Origin: Phoronis australis
Taxonomy: Eukaryota > Animalia > Phoronida
NCBI GenBank assembly: GCA_002633005.1
Contig: NMRA01000022.1
Coordinates: 300,056 to 364,055, forward strand
DNA: 64,000 nt
Reading direction: 5' to 3'
Shown here: in pieces, positions 12,501 to 26,671 of the stretch
Position numbering within the stretch: position 1 is the first letter of the stretch
Layout: every line of letters starts with the position of its first letter
Program-made: the position numbers and the translations under genes
The notes under the pieces: generated by a model
Databases searched by the model: none
The model's input: the letters and a program-made list of their open reading frames with translations, nothing else
Told to the model about the DNA's origin: nothing

Positions 12501-14990
12501 TTTGTTCCATTATGGGCCTATTTATCATTACAGTGGCATGAAGGAGACTGAGGACTGATTTTAATGAGTCAATATTCCTAAGAACAGAAGTTTCTGTAAA
12601 TGTTGTCTGTGCTGTATGCAGTTGATGTTATAAATCGACAAGATCTGCTGGAAGGGGTTTCCGTCAATTGAATGGTCAAAATTTGAGGTTGATTCTGTGC
12701 TGAGTTATTCATTAGAAGGTTTAGTAGGGAATGAACCGTTTGTATGCATTCATTACCCAAGATATGTGGTCTCCTTACCCAACTGACCCTGTTTTCCATA
12801 TTTAGAAAATCCAGTGTCACATGATTGCATGATGCTGTCAGTCAAGTCCATCAAAGGTCGTAGTGTAAACATGGATCAACTTCTTAGCAATGCGCCTCCA
12901 GTTGTAACTAATTGTAAAATAGAACAGAAAATTATCAACATAGTCGTACTTCTTACAAGTTGTACTATCATCTTAAAACACGAGGAGCAGCCATGTCGCC
13001 AGCAACACTACAAGGGCTTCGCGCCCGCTTCATCCATAACTGTTGGAAGTCGAAATTCACTGAATAAACCAAAAAATACAAATATTTCTGGTTTTCACCC
13101 GACTTATTTGATAATGGCGCCTCGCTGTTGTAAGAAAGTCAATAAATGCCCACACCATTTTAGCACGTTGTCTTTTCAAAAAGTCCTCAAGCATATATAT
13201 AAACTACTTTTCTGAATGAATGGACTTGACAACTCGGCAACAACCCCCTCTCCCATGACCTTAATTGATCAAGAACATGTTTTGGATGGTATTTTGTGCA
13301 ATTCGGTCTTACCTCGCTTGTTGCAACTTGGTGTCCTGGTTTCAGTCTGAAATTTCAAGTTTTGAAATTTAGAAATGGAGTTTTTGGAATCGAATTTATT
13401 AAAGCAGAAGGCTATGTTCAAAGATTAGTTATATACCTGCTGAGGCAGTTTTATAGTTGCAAACTCTACCCTGTGAGTTTTAATGCACATTACAACATTT
13501 ATTTAGAAGGTCTATAATGATGAAAGGTGGATGACCTGTTGTTTTTTTTTTGTGGTGGAAGTTCAGGGATTTGTTGTTTTAAGCCTAGACTCCCTGAGGG
13601 CAATGTGATTATTCTTTTGACGAAGAGTGCATGTAGTATTGATGAATAAATGCTGGTGCATTATATCTGAAGTTTTCTACGATTCTAAATTTGTAGCAAG
13701 TGAATTCATATATGTACGTTTTCATGCCACAACACAACATACTTGACGAACGTCCAAAAAGTGAACCTTGCTACATGTTAGCCTGAATTTTTGGCTGGTT
13801 GTGATATAACCTTGGATGATGCATAATTGGTGACTTGGGGCATGGGTGTCCGTTCCAACCTCCAAACATGTTTACTGCAAGCTGTGACCGAATTCACTAG
13901 ATACGTTAAATACTTAATTAATCTTATAATATGGTGGAAAAGTGAAATTTAGTTTTCATTTTGTCACAGAACATAAGTAGCGCCAAACAAATGCTTTCAT
14001 TGTTTTTAAATTTAAATTTTATAACTTAAGTAGCATCAGACCATGTGTTAACAAACCGGACTTTCATTACAATGTTGGAAGCCCTTGAAATTGCCAACTT
14101 CGTCAATTAATGTTATCAAAAATTGGCAAGCATCCAATATGGCGGGTTGTGACCAGCCTGTCTGTCAGCTCCTGGTCTTGGTTCTGATTAGTTGATGAGA
14201 ACTGAGATTGCTGGGAGGCCTGGTTGGCATGGTTACCAGGTTTTGGCTGTCATATTGGGTGTCTCCTGATAATATCAGCCAAGTGCTTCCATATGGGTGG
14301 ATTCCGTGTGAAGATTAGATCATGACATTTTGAAAGGTATCAACTTCTTTATGTGTGGAAAAGAATGTTGACAAAGGTTTGATATAAGCAGGCTACTCAA
14401 TTGTTTTGCGCTAGATTTTTTCCATGAAGGCTGGAAACAATGTTTTCACATCCCATCTTATACGGTCTCTGTTTCTTGTGTCGGGTGTCTCCAGCAAATG
14501 AGAGCTATATGAGATGTAATAAGTCCCACATCTACTCTCACATTGCACCAGTGTAATAAAATTTAAACGATTCAGATTTAGAAATTTGTTGCTGTTGTTT
14601 CAGAGATAATAAATCAATGCCTTCTGTCAAAAAACATTTTGGGATTTAGTTCACATATGTTGTAAAACCAGTCACATCTTTTCCCGTACCCGTTCACGTT
14701 GAAGTTTGGAATCGATTAACGTTGAATCGATTTTTCTTCAATCGCCTAAAGTCGCTTCATCTCCTGTTTGTACTACAAAGACCGAAGTGTTTTAAACACT
14801 GTGCCGTTTGGTGGAAGAATCCGGTGGATGCGCATTTATCACCTTTGCGTTAACAACATCCTGTTAGAAGTGGCCTGTGATTGGATTGATTTTATGGCTT
14901 CTTCGCTCTTCTTCCAGTTATCATTTCTATTTTGAGGCTTTGCCATTGTAATTTTTAAACAGGTAAGATTGGAGAATACCAAATGTGGGC

Positions 14991-15110
14991 AAAAGTAGGA
15001 ACCTAGATCTACACATGCTCAAAAGTAGGAACCTAGATCTACACATGCTCAAAAGTAGGAACCTAGATCTACACATGCTCAAAAGTAGGAACCTAGATCT
15101 ACACATGCTC
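14991..15110. repeat. Perfect minisatellite, 4 x 30 bp
   Basis: Unit aaaagtaggaacctagatctacacatgctc repeated exactly four times. Confidence 0.95.
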
Positions 15111-15402
15111 AAACGTAGATCATGTCCTCCAAGTCAATGTCATACTGATTAGAAACTCACCTCCACAAGCTGGTCAAGTTTGAATCTCAAACTGATTTTA
15201 AATTAATTTGATCTTCAGTGTAAACGAGGTATTAGAGGAGAAAGGACAGGCGGTTATTACTCGATACCAGGCCCGTAGAGTTGCTTGTCCCTGCGGGTTA
15301 GTTTCAGTCGCCACCAGGGGACATCCAGGTGTTTTGTTGTAGAGGATTTCAATTCAAGTGAAGGATAATTACGCTGTGATGGGAAGAAAGTTGGTGTTTT
15401 AA

Positions 15403-15906
15403 GGCCCTTTCATATTGACTTAACTCCGGTCTGAGCGGAGCGTCGACGTAAACAGCGCAGTTAAGTGTACCGTTCATACTGGCTTCGGTAGTTAATGACC
15501 ATCGAAGTAAAGGGTTGGTGACGCTGACGTCATCGAAATTATCGCAAGGTAGCGCAGCACGCTAAGATTTTTTTCAATGTGACAATTTGGGAGCATTTAA
15601 ATGTGCTAAATGACATTAAACTCATTTTTAATTCGATTGGTTATCATTAAAGCAAAAATAAGTAGTTATTAGTGACGGCACTACTCTGTAACTGTTGACG
15701 ATAACAGTGGCACCTGGCGATAACTTCGATTGGACCGGAGTTAAGCGTTCTAACTGCACCGCAGCGTCGATGCTGTGGTCTTAAATCCACCTGTTAACTG
15801 CGATGTTAACTGGAGCTGTTAATTGCGATCCAGGACCGGGGTTAAGTGTTCATACTGACCGCAACTCCCCAAACCATCGACGCGTCGACGTTAGTATGAA
15901 AGGCCC
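15403..15906 (+). mobile_element. PIF/Harbinger-like MITE, family B, full copy (~500 bp)
   Basis: TIRs ggccctttcatattgac ... gttagtatgaaaggccc, TAA on the left flank, internal subterminal gttcatactg repeats. Inverted partial homologue at ~28165-28599. Confidence 0.75.
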
Positions 15907-18499
15907 TTTAATAGCAGCTAGAGAATGTTACGATATGGTGTCTGAAGATAAAAAAAATTACTCTGCAATTGCAAAAATGTAAATGTCTGTCATCTGTTGC
16001 GATGTCATAGTTTCTTCAGAAAGTGTGAAATGCAATGCAGAAAGAAGGCACGGACAACATTTTGAGACCATTATTATTTTTTTGTTCTTTTCATTCGTTT
16101 TGTCCTTGACTTGTAATGGTTGCCGTTACAAGAATCAAGTAACTTCTTAATTGCCACGTGTTGCCGTGTTCATTGCTTTTTACATGTTTAACAGATCATT
16201 AGGCAAAGGTGTTGATTTTATGCAAAACAAATCGTTTGATATTCGAATCTGCTGCTGTGTTGAGACAGGTGTTTTACTGGTTTGAGGTGCTATAACGCTT
16301 GTTCATTATTGCAAGATAACACTCGTTTCTCTAAGCCTGGCTTCAGGCTCTGCTGATAGTGTACAGTTGCATTTCTGCGTGTAAAAGACATTTTGTTACT
16401 CGTTCTTTGTACACGTGTGTATGTGATGGGAGTCTCTCAGATGACTGTATAGAACAAGGGTGCAGGTATTTTTAAGTGGCATTTCCTGTCTACTTAGGTT
16501 TGCTTTAAGTATGGAAATCAATACAAACTGGTTTGGTTGTTTCTTGTCACTGTATCTATTGGTTTCTGTCGTCAAAGAGAACTGAGGGTTGCAGTGGACT
16601 GGCTTGATTTAAGACACACTGCCTAAACATTCTGTGAGGTGGATGTGTAAGTACACAGAATATTCAATCTTTGAGCCTCATTGTCATTTTCATGGTAGAA
16701 TCTCTCCAATATGATGGGCACGTGAGATGTTATTGTGACATGAAACATCTGCAGCACCAAATTAAAACATTTTTCCATGTTCAAGTTATGCAGCACAACT
16801 ACTATCAAACAAGTTTTGAAAATTGTGGTCTTTTACAACAAAAAGTGTAATTTTGGCAGTTAATTTTGTCCACACTTTTTCAAAATATTGTCTGGTGGTA
16901 GCAACGGAACAAATCCTCAAACACCTAAGATCATTAATTTATTGCTGCATAATCTTTCATGGAAAAAATAAAAAGTAAAACTTCAATTATCCACCGTATT
17001 GCGTCCTAAATTAGCGTGGTTATACCGTGCTGTGCACGTCACAGAAAACAACAGCAGACCTAAGGTGTTTTTTACTCACTTGTCATTGATATTTCTTGGA
17101 TTGAGTGTAAACTTTCACCTATTTAGGAACCAGTATGGGGGACATAGTGATTTTTATTTTCTTAATTCCATAAAAGACGTACAACATATAATAAATGCTT
17201 ATTCAAATGCTTTTCCATATTCAAGTTTAGTACAACTGCAACCACCGGAAAACTGAAAAATTGTGGACGGACAGTCTGACAGACTTCTGTCAGACTACCA
17301 AGACTTGCTCATGTAACCAGGTAGCATGGTATAATCTGACAAATTGCGGACATTCACAACAATGAAAATTGAAAAATTCTCTATTTTGGTAATTATTTAT
17401 ATCCATAATTGGTGAGATTTTACGCATTGTCCTGACACGTGTGTTTTTCAAGCACCTTTGTGCCTGAATTCCGTCAGTTCAATTAAGTGCGTATGTAAAT
17501 TAATTATCCACTATGCCCACATCTACTAGTTATGAGTACCCTATAGTTTGTCACCAGTACACAGGGTAATTTTTCTTATTTCCACTCTTCTCACCATCGC
17601 CTCATTTTCATTCTATATGTTTTGTGAGAGTAATGGCAGGAGTTCTGTATCTGACAAGACTGGAGGAGAGATGGTAGATCTTGAAGGTTTGCATGAGATT
17701 TGCAAGGTTTGGTGGGCTTGTCACTTAATGATTTGTCTCGTTCACCGTGATTTTTTGCATTAACAACCCCTCATTAACTCTTTAGTGTTTAGAAGACTGA
17801 GCTGAAATTTGTGATTAACAAATGACTAAGAAGGCGGTATACGAAACAGTTATTTTGGAACAAAACTATATTTAATTAACAAAAAGGAGTTTGTTTAGAA
17901 ATTAAAAACATCCGCAATTTCCTCCTTCACTCAAGTCTGCTATTTATCACACAAACTGTTCTATTAGAATCTAATTAGACATTAAGAAGGTATTAAAACT
18001 CTTTGACCTTTTTCATTGCAGCTTGGCTAGTCTTGCATGGCAATGATTGATAATCTGTCTCATGACGCAAATCACAAATCACAAACGTTGGTGGTTGATT
18101 TTTTTATAATCTGATGACCTTCCTCCACATAGTAGTTATTATCCAGTGCCTTTTGTGCCATGTGGACTCCTATCTTTAGTGATTTGACTTGTCCTCAAGG
18201 GGTTACGAGATTTAAGATGGATATTTAAGTGTTTGTTTCGCCTGGCTATCTAAGTCTTCTCCAGTTTGGGACAGTGAACTATTTTGCTCATGGTCAGAAT
18301 GTGCACCAAATTTTTGGAGTATACAATATCGGTCCTAAGAATTGCTATCAGCGACCAAATGACCGTTCACTTAGTATTTACGCACTTATGGTGACATCAA
18401 AATACTTCCTCGGCGGCTCTTGTCACCGATTTTTTTAATTGTCAAATCTATTTTGATACAGGTGGTCCGAATGCAGTATCTAATACTTGAGAAATATGA

Positions 18500-18602
18500 T
18501 GGAACATCAAAATTGCCCTTTCAGAATCAAGAAAATTTATTTCAGCTTGATTTTCTCTGTCCCAAATTTTAGAGACTTCCCAAACTGGAAAATTTTTTTA
18601 CT
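18500..18602 (+). repeat. Dispersed repeat fragment shared with ~36410-36520
   Basis: gaatcaagaaaatttatt...cccaaattttagagacttcccaaactggaaaattttt vs gaatcaagaaaattcaattt...tccaaattttggagactgtccaatctggagaattttt. Confidence 0.55.
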
Positions 18603-18778
18603 GTAATTGCTTTTTGCTTGCAATTAGTGTTGCACAGTTTCTTTGTCGTTTCTTATTTTTTCTGGGTAGGTGATGAAATTTTCAAGGCCAGAGTTATTTC
18701 TCAAGTTCATGTCTGCGCCGACATGTTTAACATTAATAAGTTTTGTATGCACGTGACCCGAGGATGTATTTCAGGGTA

Positions 18779-19023
18779 TGGTGAAATCTCACCAGTTTAA
18801 GACATGATGTGGCACACAACTGAAATTTCATTGTTTTTCCACGAATGATGAATTGCAGCATCAAATTAATACCTTACCATGTTCCAGCTCTGTACCGAGG
18901 AGTAGCTCCCATCAGAAAATACTTTGAAAAACTTTGGCCATTCATAACAATATTAAAACACTGTGCAAATGAAAAAGGGCAATTTCGGCAATTATTTTTT
19001 TAGGAATTGGTGAGATTTTACCA
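18779..19023 (+). mobile_element. Tc1/mariner-type (TA-flanked) MITE, family C
   Basis: ta|tggtgaaatctcacc ... ggtgagattttacca|ta. The end motif ttggcaattattttt..gaattggtgagattttacc recurs at ~2800-2845, ~4880-4921, ~17385-17423, ~31865-31900, ~42592-42635 (inverted), ~47148-47185 and ~54181-54222 (inverted). Confidence 0.75.
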
Positions 19024-22000
19024 TATGTGGTAGTAAAAATAATTTATCTGGTAAACTAAGTGATGGTCATATTTTTTCAAGAGTTCTCCTATGCTTCTAG
19101 TAGATTTGATTGTGACATTTAGATTATTGAAAGGATTTGGCACAACTGCAAAAATGTGGAACTGTTTCTGCTGATTCATCTTTTGTGTTTTAATTGTTTT
19201 TCGAGAAACAGTTGTTGAAAGTGCTCTTTCCACTTTTTGTCACTTAAAAACTTCATAAAAGAAATTCGAATGAAGACGAAACCATTCTAATAGTTAAAAC
19301 TTATTCTCAAATGACGTTTTTTCAACACATAGAGAAGTGTTTGCAAAATAACAATTAAAAATATTTTTTGATTTTTTGGTGGTGCTCCAACAAAACGGCC
19401 GCCACAGTTGAATGAACTTTGCCGGTAATAAAGGCAGATACAAGCAGGTCTATACCAAATGACATTTTAATTGTGTACTAAGCTGATGGATATATAGAAA
19501 ATGATGTCTTTTAGTTATTAGACATGCTGTCTGAGAATGACGTGCTGTGAGAAGTTCGTATGGTACTGAATAGACTTCATTTAACTCGAACATTTAAATT
19601 CTACTTCGTATTGTTTTGATTAAAAAAATAGACTTTTATGAAATCATGCTTCATGGAATTGACATGTGATCAACATGGAGGCAGATCCATGCTCTCACTT
19701 ACTCAGAAACTCAACTTGCAAACTGACCAAAGGGACTCTGGAAAAGCATTAGGTAATTCTTGACCCATTTGTCTGTCCAACTGTCTCTCAACATGTCTGG
19801 CTTGGAATTCCTTGGAGGATTTTTGCTGCAGCTTGAGTTTGTCCTATTCATTTGGTCTCTGTTGCCACAGTTCTCATCTGTCATCAAACTGTCATGCTCA
19901 AATGACTGGCAAAAACTCATGGGTATCTAGTCTGAGAAAAGATGGTCTGGAAGGTTTTATTGTGAGCCACACCGCTGAGTTTTGTGTTATTCTGGACTTT
20001 GGAAGTTCTCCCTTAGTAGGTGGTGGTGAGGATGTGCTGCCAACATAGATGGGGGGAGGGGGGGGTATTTTGCCCCATCTAGGTCGTCTCAAGAATGATT
20101 TACCTTTCGAATATCATCTGGAGGTGGATATGTTGTCTTTGTATTTTTGTATTGTGGCAGTAGTTTCAACTGAAGTCGATATGTAGCATAGGCTCGGCCT
20201 GTGTTAGACAGATAAACGAAAATTGTGACAACTGTGGTTCATCACTTGGTATTGTTCTGGTGAAATTTTAACCATAATTTGAAAGTGACCTAAGAATGGT
20301 AGAACCGAAGTTGGAAGTTTTTTTTTTTGAAATTGCAGGCAGTTACACTGGACAAAATTATTAGCTTTCAGCAAGCAGTCCAAGTCACCTTTCCTGTGGC
20401 ATGAGATGTTGCAACTGATGCACATAAAAAGTTGAACCTTGCTAAAATGTCTGTCAACAACACAAAAATAAAATTCATTCTTGTTAACCAACTGCCTGTT
20501 TCATTCGCCAAAACTTGAAATTGGTTGAAACCCTTTCTATGCTCTAACAACAATTGTATCTTCAGTTCTTTTGTAATTGAGATAATTGAGATGCAGGATT
20601 TGTTATTGAATTGCTTTTATCCATAAATACTATTAGGGATATTTTCATAATCTATGTTAACAGGTGCCAGATAAAGGGTCAAAAGGCAACGTGCAAATTT
20701 CTTGCTTGAATGTCTGATATTCTATCAGCCTTGATCATTTGTGTCCCCATGCTGCTTACCAATTCTGCCTTGCCTGCCACCTGGTGGCTGTGCCGTAACA
20801 CATTAACCCAGTGACAGCAGATGATGTATGAGTTCTATTTACTATCAATTGAACTGTGTGATATTTTTTACTCTCCACTCGAACACGCTAGATTCCACAC
20901 GTCAGACTCCCATCCTGTGCTCTTGGGAACAGAATCAGCCACTGTGGACATGCAGATTGCTTATTACATTGTAGGGTGATTTTACTTCTGAGTTCCACCT
21001 TTCTGCCGTCACCTTGTTATCAAAGGAACGCAATAGAACGTGAGTTTCATTTTTCTTGAGCTGTGAAATGGTGCTTAAAGGTTACTGTTCCTGTTGAATT
21101 TTTCTTTTTTAGTGTTTAATTTAATGATTGTTGTCTTAGTTTTCCTTCGAATAGGCATGTTTTCTGTGGCATTTGATCTCACTGTTTATGACCTAGTAAA
21201 AAGTATAGTGTGTCGTTCTTACTCAGTACTTTCTATTTCCCTATTAAATATTGACAAACATAATCATACCTCAAGAAAGTCTGAAATAATCCTTTAGCCT
21301 TCGTTCCTCTCCCCAACTATGAAATCAACATTGTTTTCTGTATAACATTGTGTGTGGTGGTGTGTTGGCTGAAAATTACTTGATGAAGCACGACTTGCCT
21401 AAAATTCAATTCTTGTAACAGTGGATCGTTTTGTTTTTCGAAAACATTTTTGTAAGCAGAATTTCCTCTCATTACCGGTCACAGTTATTCTTAATTTCAT
21501 TCGTTCAACTTCTCACCCATAAACGACTGATAGTTTTTTAACGAGTTAGGGGTGATAAAACAGGCTTGTCAAATCGTGGCTCTTTACTATGTAAATAAGA
21601 AAATCATATTGTATCTGAAAAGTTTTAAAAATGTGTAATAAGTAGCTGTGAATCTACATAAGCCCAGAAAAACATATTTTTTGATAAGTCCATCACTAGG
21701 TTGAATTCTGAGGTCCTTTTATCTTTGCCTGGTCTATATTGAAACTTTATGGCTTTGACATGGTCTCTGGCATTAGGTTACTGAGCACGCCCTGGTTGTT
21801 TTCCATGCTTGCTAATGATTGATGAATTTCTACTGCGTATATACGATATTAAACTTGCATTGTTGTGTTGTGTAGTCCTTATACACAGCACTGGTCAATG
21901 AAGGCAATTGACTTGCGTGGTCTTGCACTTTTGATTTCACTCTTATTATCGGTTCTTACGGCGGCGGTCATTTTCACCTGAGCAGAAGGCGGAATGTATA

Positions 22001-23035
22001 TGCTCGCTTCCCGGAGACACTCTACACGAGAATGTAAATTCTAGATTTCGAATCAAATACCAATTGTTGAGTCGAGTGTGATAAATTGCCTGTCAACAGT
22101 GATTGAAAATCAGGTGTCTTGTTGAAATTAGTTGACATCAAAAGGTGGGTTTATTTTAACATTCCTGTGTTGATAGCCCACAAGTAGGGTGCACTTGGTA
22201 CAATTAAATGTCTTTTCATAATTTAACTTTGTTTCCTAGAAGTGCTATTACCCCTCCTTCATTGTGAAGGAGAGCCTGACACTTAAGCATATGTTTTTGT
22301 TTTAAAACCCATGAATTTTTTTCTTTACAAGGACACTCTTGCTTATGTAGTAAATGCTCTGGAATTTTAAAAGGACAATTCTTTGAGTCTGATAAATTGG
22401 TTGCCCTTTTTTCAAAAAAGTACAAAATATTTCTAAAAGGGCTCTTCAGATGCAGCTGCCATTATGTCCTGAAAAGTGCAATTAAAATTTCGGGAAAAGT
22501 TATGCACATGCGTTTTCAAAATTCAGTGCAAACCATGTCTCGTTTTCTTTTTGCAAAATATTTCAGTACAATTCATGTTGGACAATTTGAATCCCCACAT
22601 TTTCAGAAAATGTTACACAAATGTAGCTAAAATTTAAACAAAAATATTTGCCAAAACTGTCAATTTCCTAGAGCTCACATAGAGTAGTCTTCCTGTTTAT
22701 TTTTGTAGGAATTTTCAATGAAATACGATTTACTGCTCCCACTCCATCAGTTTTGTTCTAATTTTAAGAAACTTCATTATACCATGGGATATTAATAATT
22801 ATTAATGTCATTGAAAGTTCAGTATTTCGCCTGATGCCACTTGTGGTAATTTTTAAACTTTGATTCTCTTTGACCATCTGCTTGCTGGTCATGTGAATAG
22901 TTGCCATGGTTACATGTTCTTCACAAAGTCTAAACAAGATTGATGCCTACCATGTTAACATCTTCTGGGTGCAAATTATAAATTTGTGTCCATATTCTAC
23001 ATCTTTCTTGAGGCAGAATTGATGAAACAGTATTT

Positions 23036-23195
23036 AGTTCTAGATTTTTGTTTCCCTAAGTTCTAGATTTTTGTTTCCCTAAGTTCTAGATTTTTGTTTC
23101 CCTAAGTTCTAGATTTTTGTTTCCCTAAGTTCTAGATTTTTGTTTCCCTAAGTTCTAGATTTTTGTTTCCCTAAGTTCTAGATTTTTGTTTTCCT
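23036..23195. repeat. Minisatellite, ~7 x 23 bp
   Basis: Unit agttctagatttttgtttcccta: six exact copies plus a seventh imperfect copy. Confidence 0.95.
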
Positions 23196-24660
23196 GTCTT
23201 GCCCCTCTCCCACATATTATTAGATTCTATGTTGACACTAAATTTCACTTACCGGTATTATATTGGTTTCATTGTAAATATGCTGACATAACCTGAGTGC
23301 CCTTCCCATGTGAAATTTGGTTAAAATGGTTCCATATATATTGTGAAGCAACTTTTTTGTCAAATTTTTTCAAATGTTTGTGTGGGGATACGAATTGGGT
23401 GAGAATTGCACAAATTTCACTGAATTAGTAGCGGGAAAAGAATAATCGTGACCTACCTGGTTTGTTGATTTATTTAAAATTTCCCTCGTTATCTGCGTCA
23501 TAAAACCATTGGTGCTGGCAGTCTGTTACATACATTTTATTGTGCTGAATGTGTAGTGCCAGTATCTACCAATATTGGGTGACGTAACTTTACGGTATTC
23601 TAGAATCCTTACGGTACATGTACATGGTCGTTTGTCGAATTCATCGTGTTTTTTCCTGAAATATTTCTGTGTTCTCAAAATACATGGGAAGGACACTACC
23701 CTAGTCAGGTTTGTGGAAATTCATTCACTAGGCTTTGTCAGTATTACTGTTTAAAAAAGTATGGTACAAATTTGGCAATATTATTTATACTAAGTCAACC
23801 GTATTAATTGGATCAGCATTTAGAATGTCTAGTATCTAATAGGGCAGTTTAATTCTAACAAATGAGAAAGAAATTGTGTCTGACTGTTAGTGGAATTAAT
23901 TTATAATCCACCTGAAGGTACAAGCACCTTGGCAACTTGCCTTTGTAGTTTTGAGAAAAGATTAACAAATGCTTTTTGAAAAGCCATAATGTTTTCAGGC
24001 CTATTGTCTCTTCATAACCCTTTCACTTGGATGTAGTTTGTCCTCTGGTAAAAAACAGTGTCTAGACGCGCAAATTGACATCAGAAATCAAACTCCATTA
24101 TAAAAGGAGGTTCCTACAATTGAATTGAATGGTAAAATAAATTGAGCTAAGTCTCTTGGACATGATGGGTACCCAAAGGCTTTGCTTGTTTTCAAAATGG
24201 TGTTACAAAACAATGACTGACTTTGTGACTGTAGAGGTTAGCATTGTACGCACTATTATGCGGTGACCTCACACTGGGTTGAGGTATGTGTGCCAATTAG
24301 AGTTATTGCTATGATTTAACTTTGCTTTGTATCAGTCTGTGTGACATTCATTTTTAATGAAGAAGAGAATATATGTAGGTATTGCAGAAACATTTCATTG
24401 CTTTGGGACACATTATGGCAGAAAAGTGAAAATTCATTCTTACAAATTGTTCAACAAACCTACTTTGTGGGAAGTTGCAGTTTGCCTATAACAAGGTTTG
24501 TATGGAGCAGCTGTCATCACACAAGGTTTGATTAGTGTAGTAAGCCTCGGAAAAATTGATTTTTTCCCCGTAAATTTGTCCGTAGTGCACTCTGATTGAT
24601 ATGATCCATCCGTCCGTCCTACGGTACAAAAGTCATGATGCAGATACAGTACAAGCCAAA

Positions 24661-24738
24661 AGTATGACCAGGGATTCCCCATCATGTCAACTGGGCCGAA
24701 GTATGACCAGGGATTCCCCATCATGTCAACTGGGTCAA
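24661..24738. repeat. 39-bp tandem duplication, each unit carrying GGGATTCCCC
   Basis: agtatgaccagggattccccatcatgtcaactgggccga / ...ctgggtcaa. Confidence 0.9.
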
Positions 24739-26558
24739 AGTCAAAATCCATCATCAGAGTATAGTCTTCCTTTGTGGCTAAGAACGAGGGGCAGTTAACA
24801 AGAAAGCAAGGTGGCCGAGCCATTTTGCTATTAAGAGTTTTGCCACCGTTCTAAATACCTGTGATTTTTGCTGTCACAGGAAATGGAATGTTTTCAGACT
24901 ACTTTTGTAGTGTAAGCTCGTCTCAAAACACTCTTTTGCATGAAACTTAAAATATATCGCCAATGAGGATTATATATTTATTCATGTAAATGTGTCTGTA
25001 TATGTACATGTATATATGTATAGTAAGCCAGAAAATATCTGTTGAGTCTGGCAATCATTTCGGTAATGGAATTGATAGAGCTGCTGTGTGAGAATTGGAG
25101 GCAAAACTAGGCCAGAAATCACTGCCCTGAGTAACAGTTACACCACTGGGCTTATCATTTGCAAGGTAAGCTAATTGAGTTTGTCTTTCTGTCAGATTGC
25201 ATGAACAAAACATGCAACTTCCTCTGTGCAACTTAACTCTTAGCCTGAGGACTTTCTGTTGTCCAGTGCTCTGGTGTTGAAGTTCTTGTTGTTATACATC
25301 TGATTAGACTGTTGCATGCTATTTTTCAACCTGCTTTGTGAAATTACCATAATGAAGAGGACACAGGAGATTCACATTTTATTCCTTTTGGTAGTGCCTT
25401 GCTGTGGGATATTCATTAAGTTGTGCAAAAAACCCAATGTTGCAAATTATTTCATAAAGCTGCTGATTGGCAGGAACGCAATACCATAACTTATGATATT
25501 GCGTATTATTGACCAAACTGGCCTTGGAGTATCACATTTCTTTGGTTCCACCCAGACATCAGATCCCTATTCTGATCTGACTAATGGGATGCTGTAGTAA
25601 CCTTAAACCTTGACCATTAACAAAACAGACAGTGTCAGTATCTACAGTACAAGGCAAAAGTATTCAGACAAAATGGTCCATAACTCCCTGTCATGACGCC
25701 TGGGCTGAAGCTGGATTCATCATAAGACTGAGCATGACGTGCAATAAACAGAAAAATAAGTAAATTAGTCAGGTGGCTAAGCCATTCAATGCAGTGTTCG
25801 CCTTACTCTTCCAAAAATTGGGGTACTAGTGGACCCACCTACCAATATTTTTGGGGTCCATTTTGAATTTTTTGGAGTTCATGAAGTTTAATTTGGAAAT
25901 CTCTAAATGCGCACTCGCTAAGTATGAGACAAGCTTTTATTTTTCCTAATATTTGTCTGTTTCAACACTATTTCTGTGACTGTTATTGAGTATACCTCCT
26001 ATGGGACCAATTTTAATTGGATATTCTAACCTACATTGTGATTTAACCTACTTATGGAGCAGTGATGCTATGCGTTTTACTTGGGAAAATGAAACAGTCT
26101 AGCGGTGCTGTTATGAACGAAAGGCACAGTATGGTAATAAAAGAAAAGAACCAAGTGATTTTCATTTGGTTTTAGTATTATGTACCTTTGATCAAAAAAA
26201 TGCGCTCAAGGTAACGAACACCGATTATTTATTTATAATATTGGTGCTGTAATAATTGTTACCAGTAATTCTTGCTGCTGACGGAATTGGCCGTCATAAT
26301 CGGGAAATGATAGTTTGTCTGAGTATTTCTGTCTTATACTCTACTTCAAAGCAGGTAACCGGATAAGATACGAAAAAATCAGAAGGCAGAGGTATTAGTG
26401 GTCTTGAAATAAAACAAATATAGACTCGCCCCTTGGGCATATCAGGTCTTGGTCAGAGGGGAAAGGAAAATGAAATGTTGCTATCCAGAGGAACATGCCA
26501 TATCAACTGATGTCACCCTCAAGATCCATCCATGTTTGTATAAAATCCACTAGTGAAA

Positions 26559-26671
26559 GAAAGTGCAGTTCATTTCATTAATTCCTGTGCCTGTCCTGTC
26601 TTACACAGTTTGAAAGTGCAGTTCATTTCATTAATTCCTGTGCCTGTCCTGTCTTACACAGTTTGAAAGTG
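26559..26671. repeat. Perfect 53-bp tandem duplication
   Basis: gaaagtgcagttcatttcattaattcctgtgcctgtcctgtcttacacagttt x2 plus partial third copy. Confidence 0.9.

Noticed and set aside
14927-15112. ORF with MCRSRFLLLS repeats
   Set aside because: Translation of the 30-bp minisatellite
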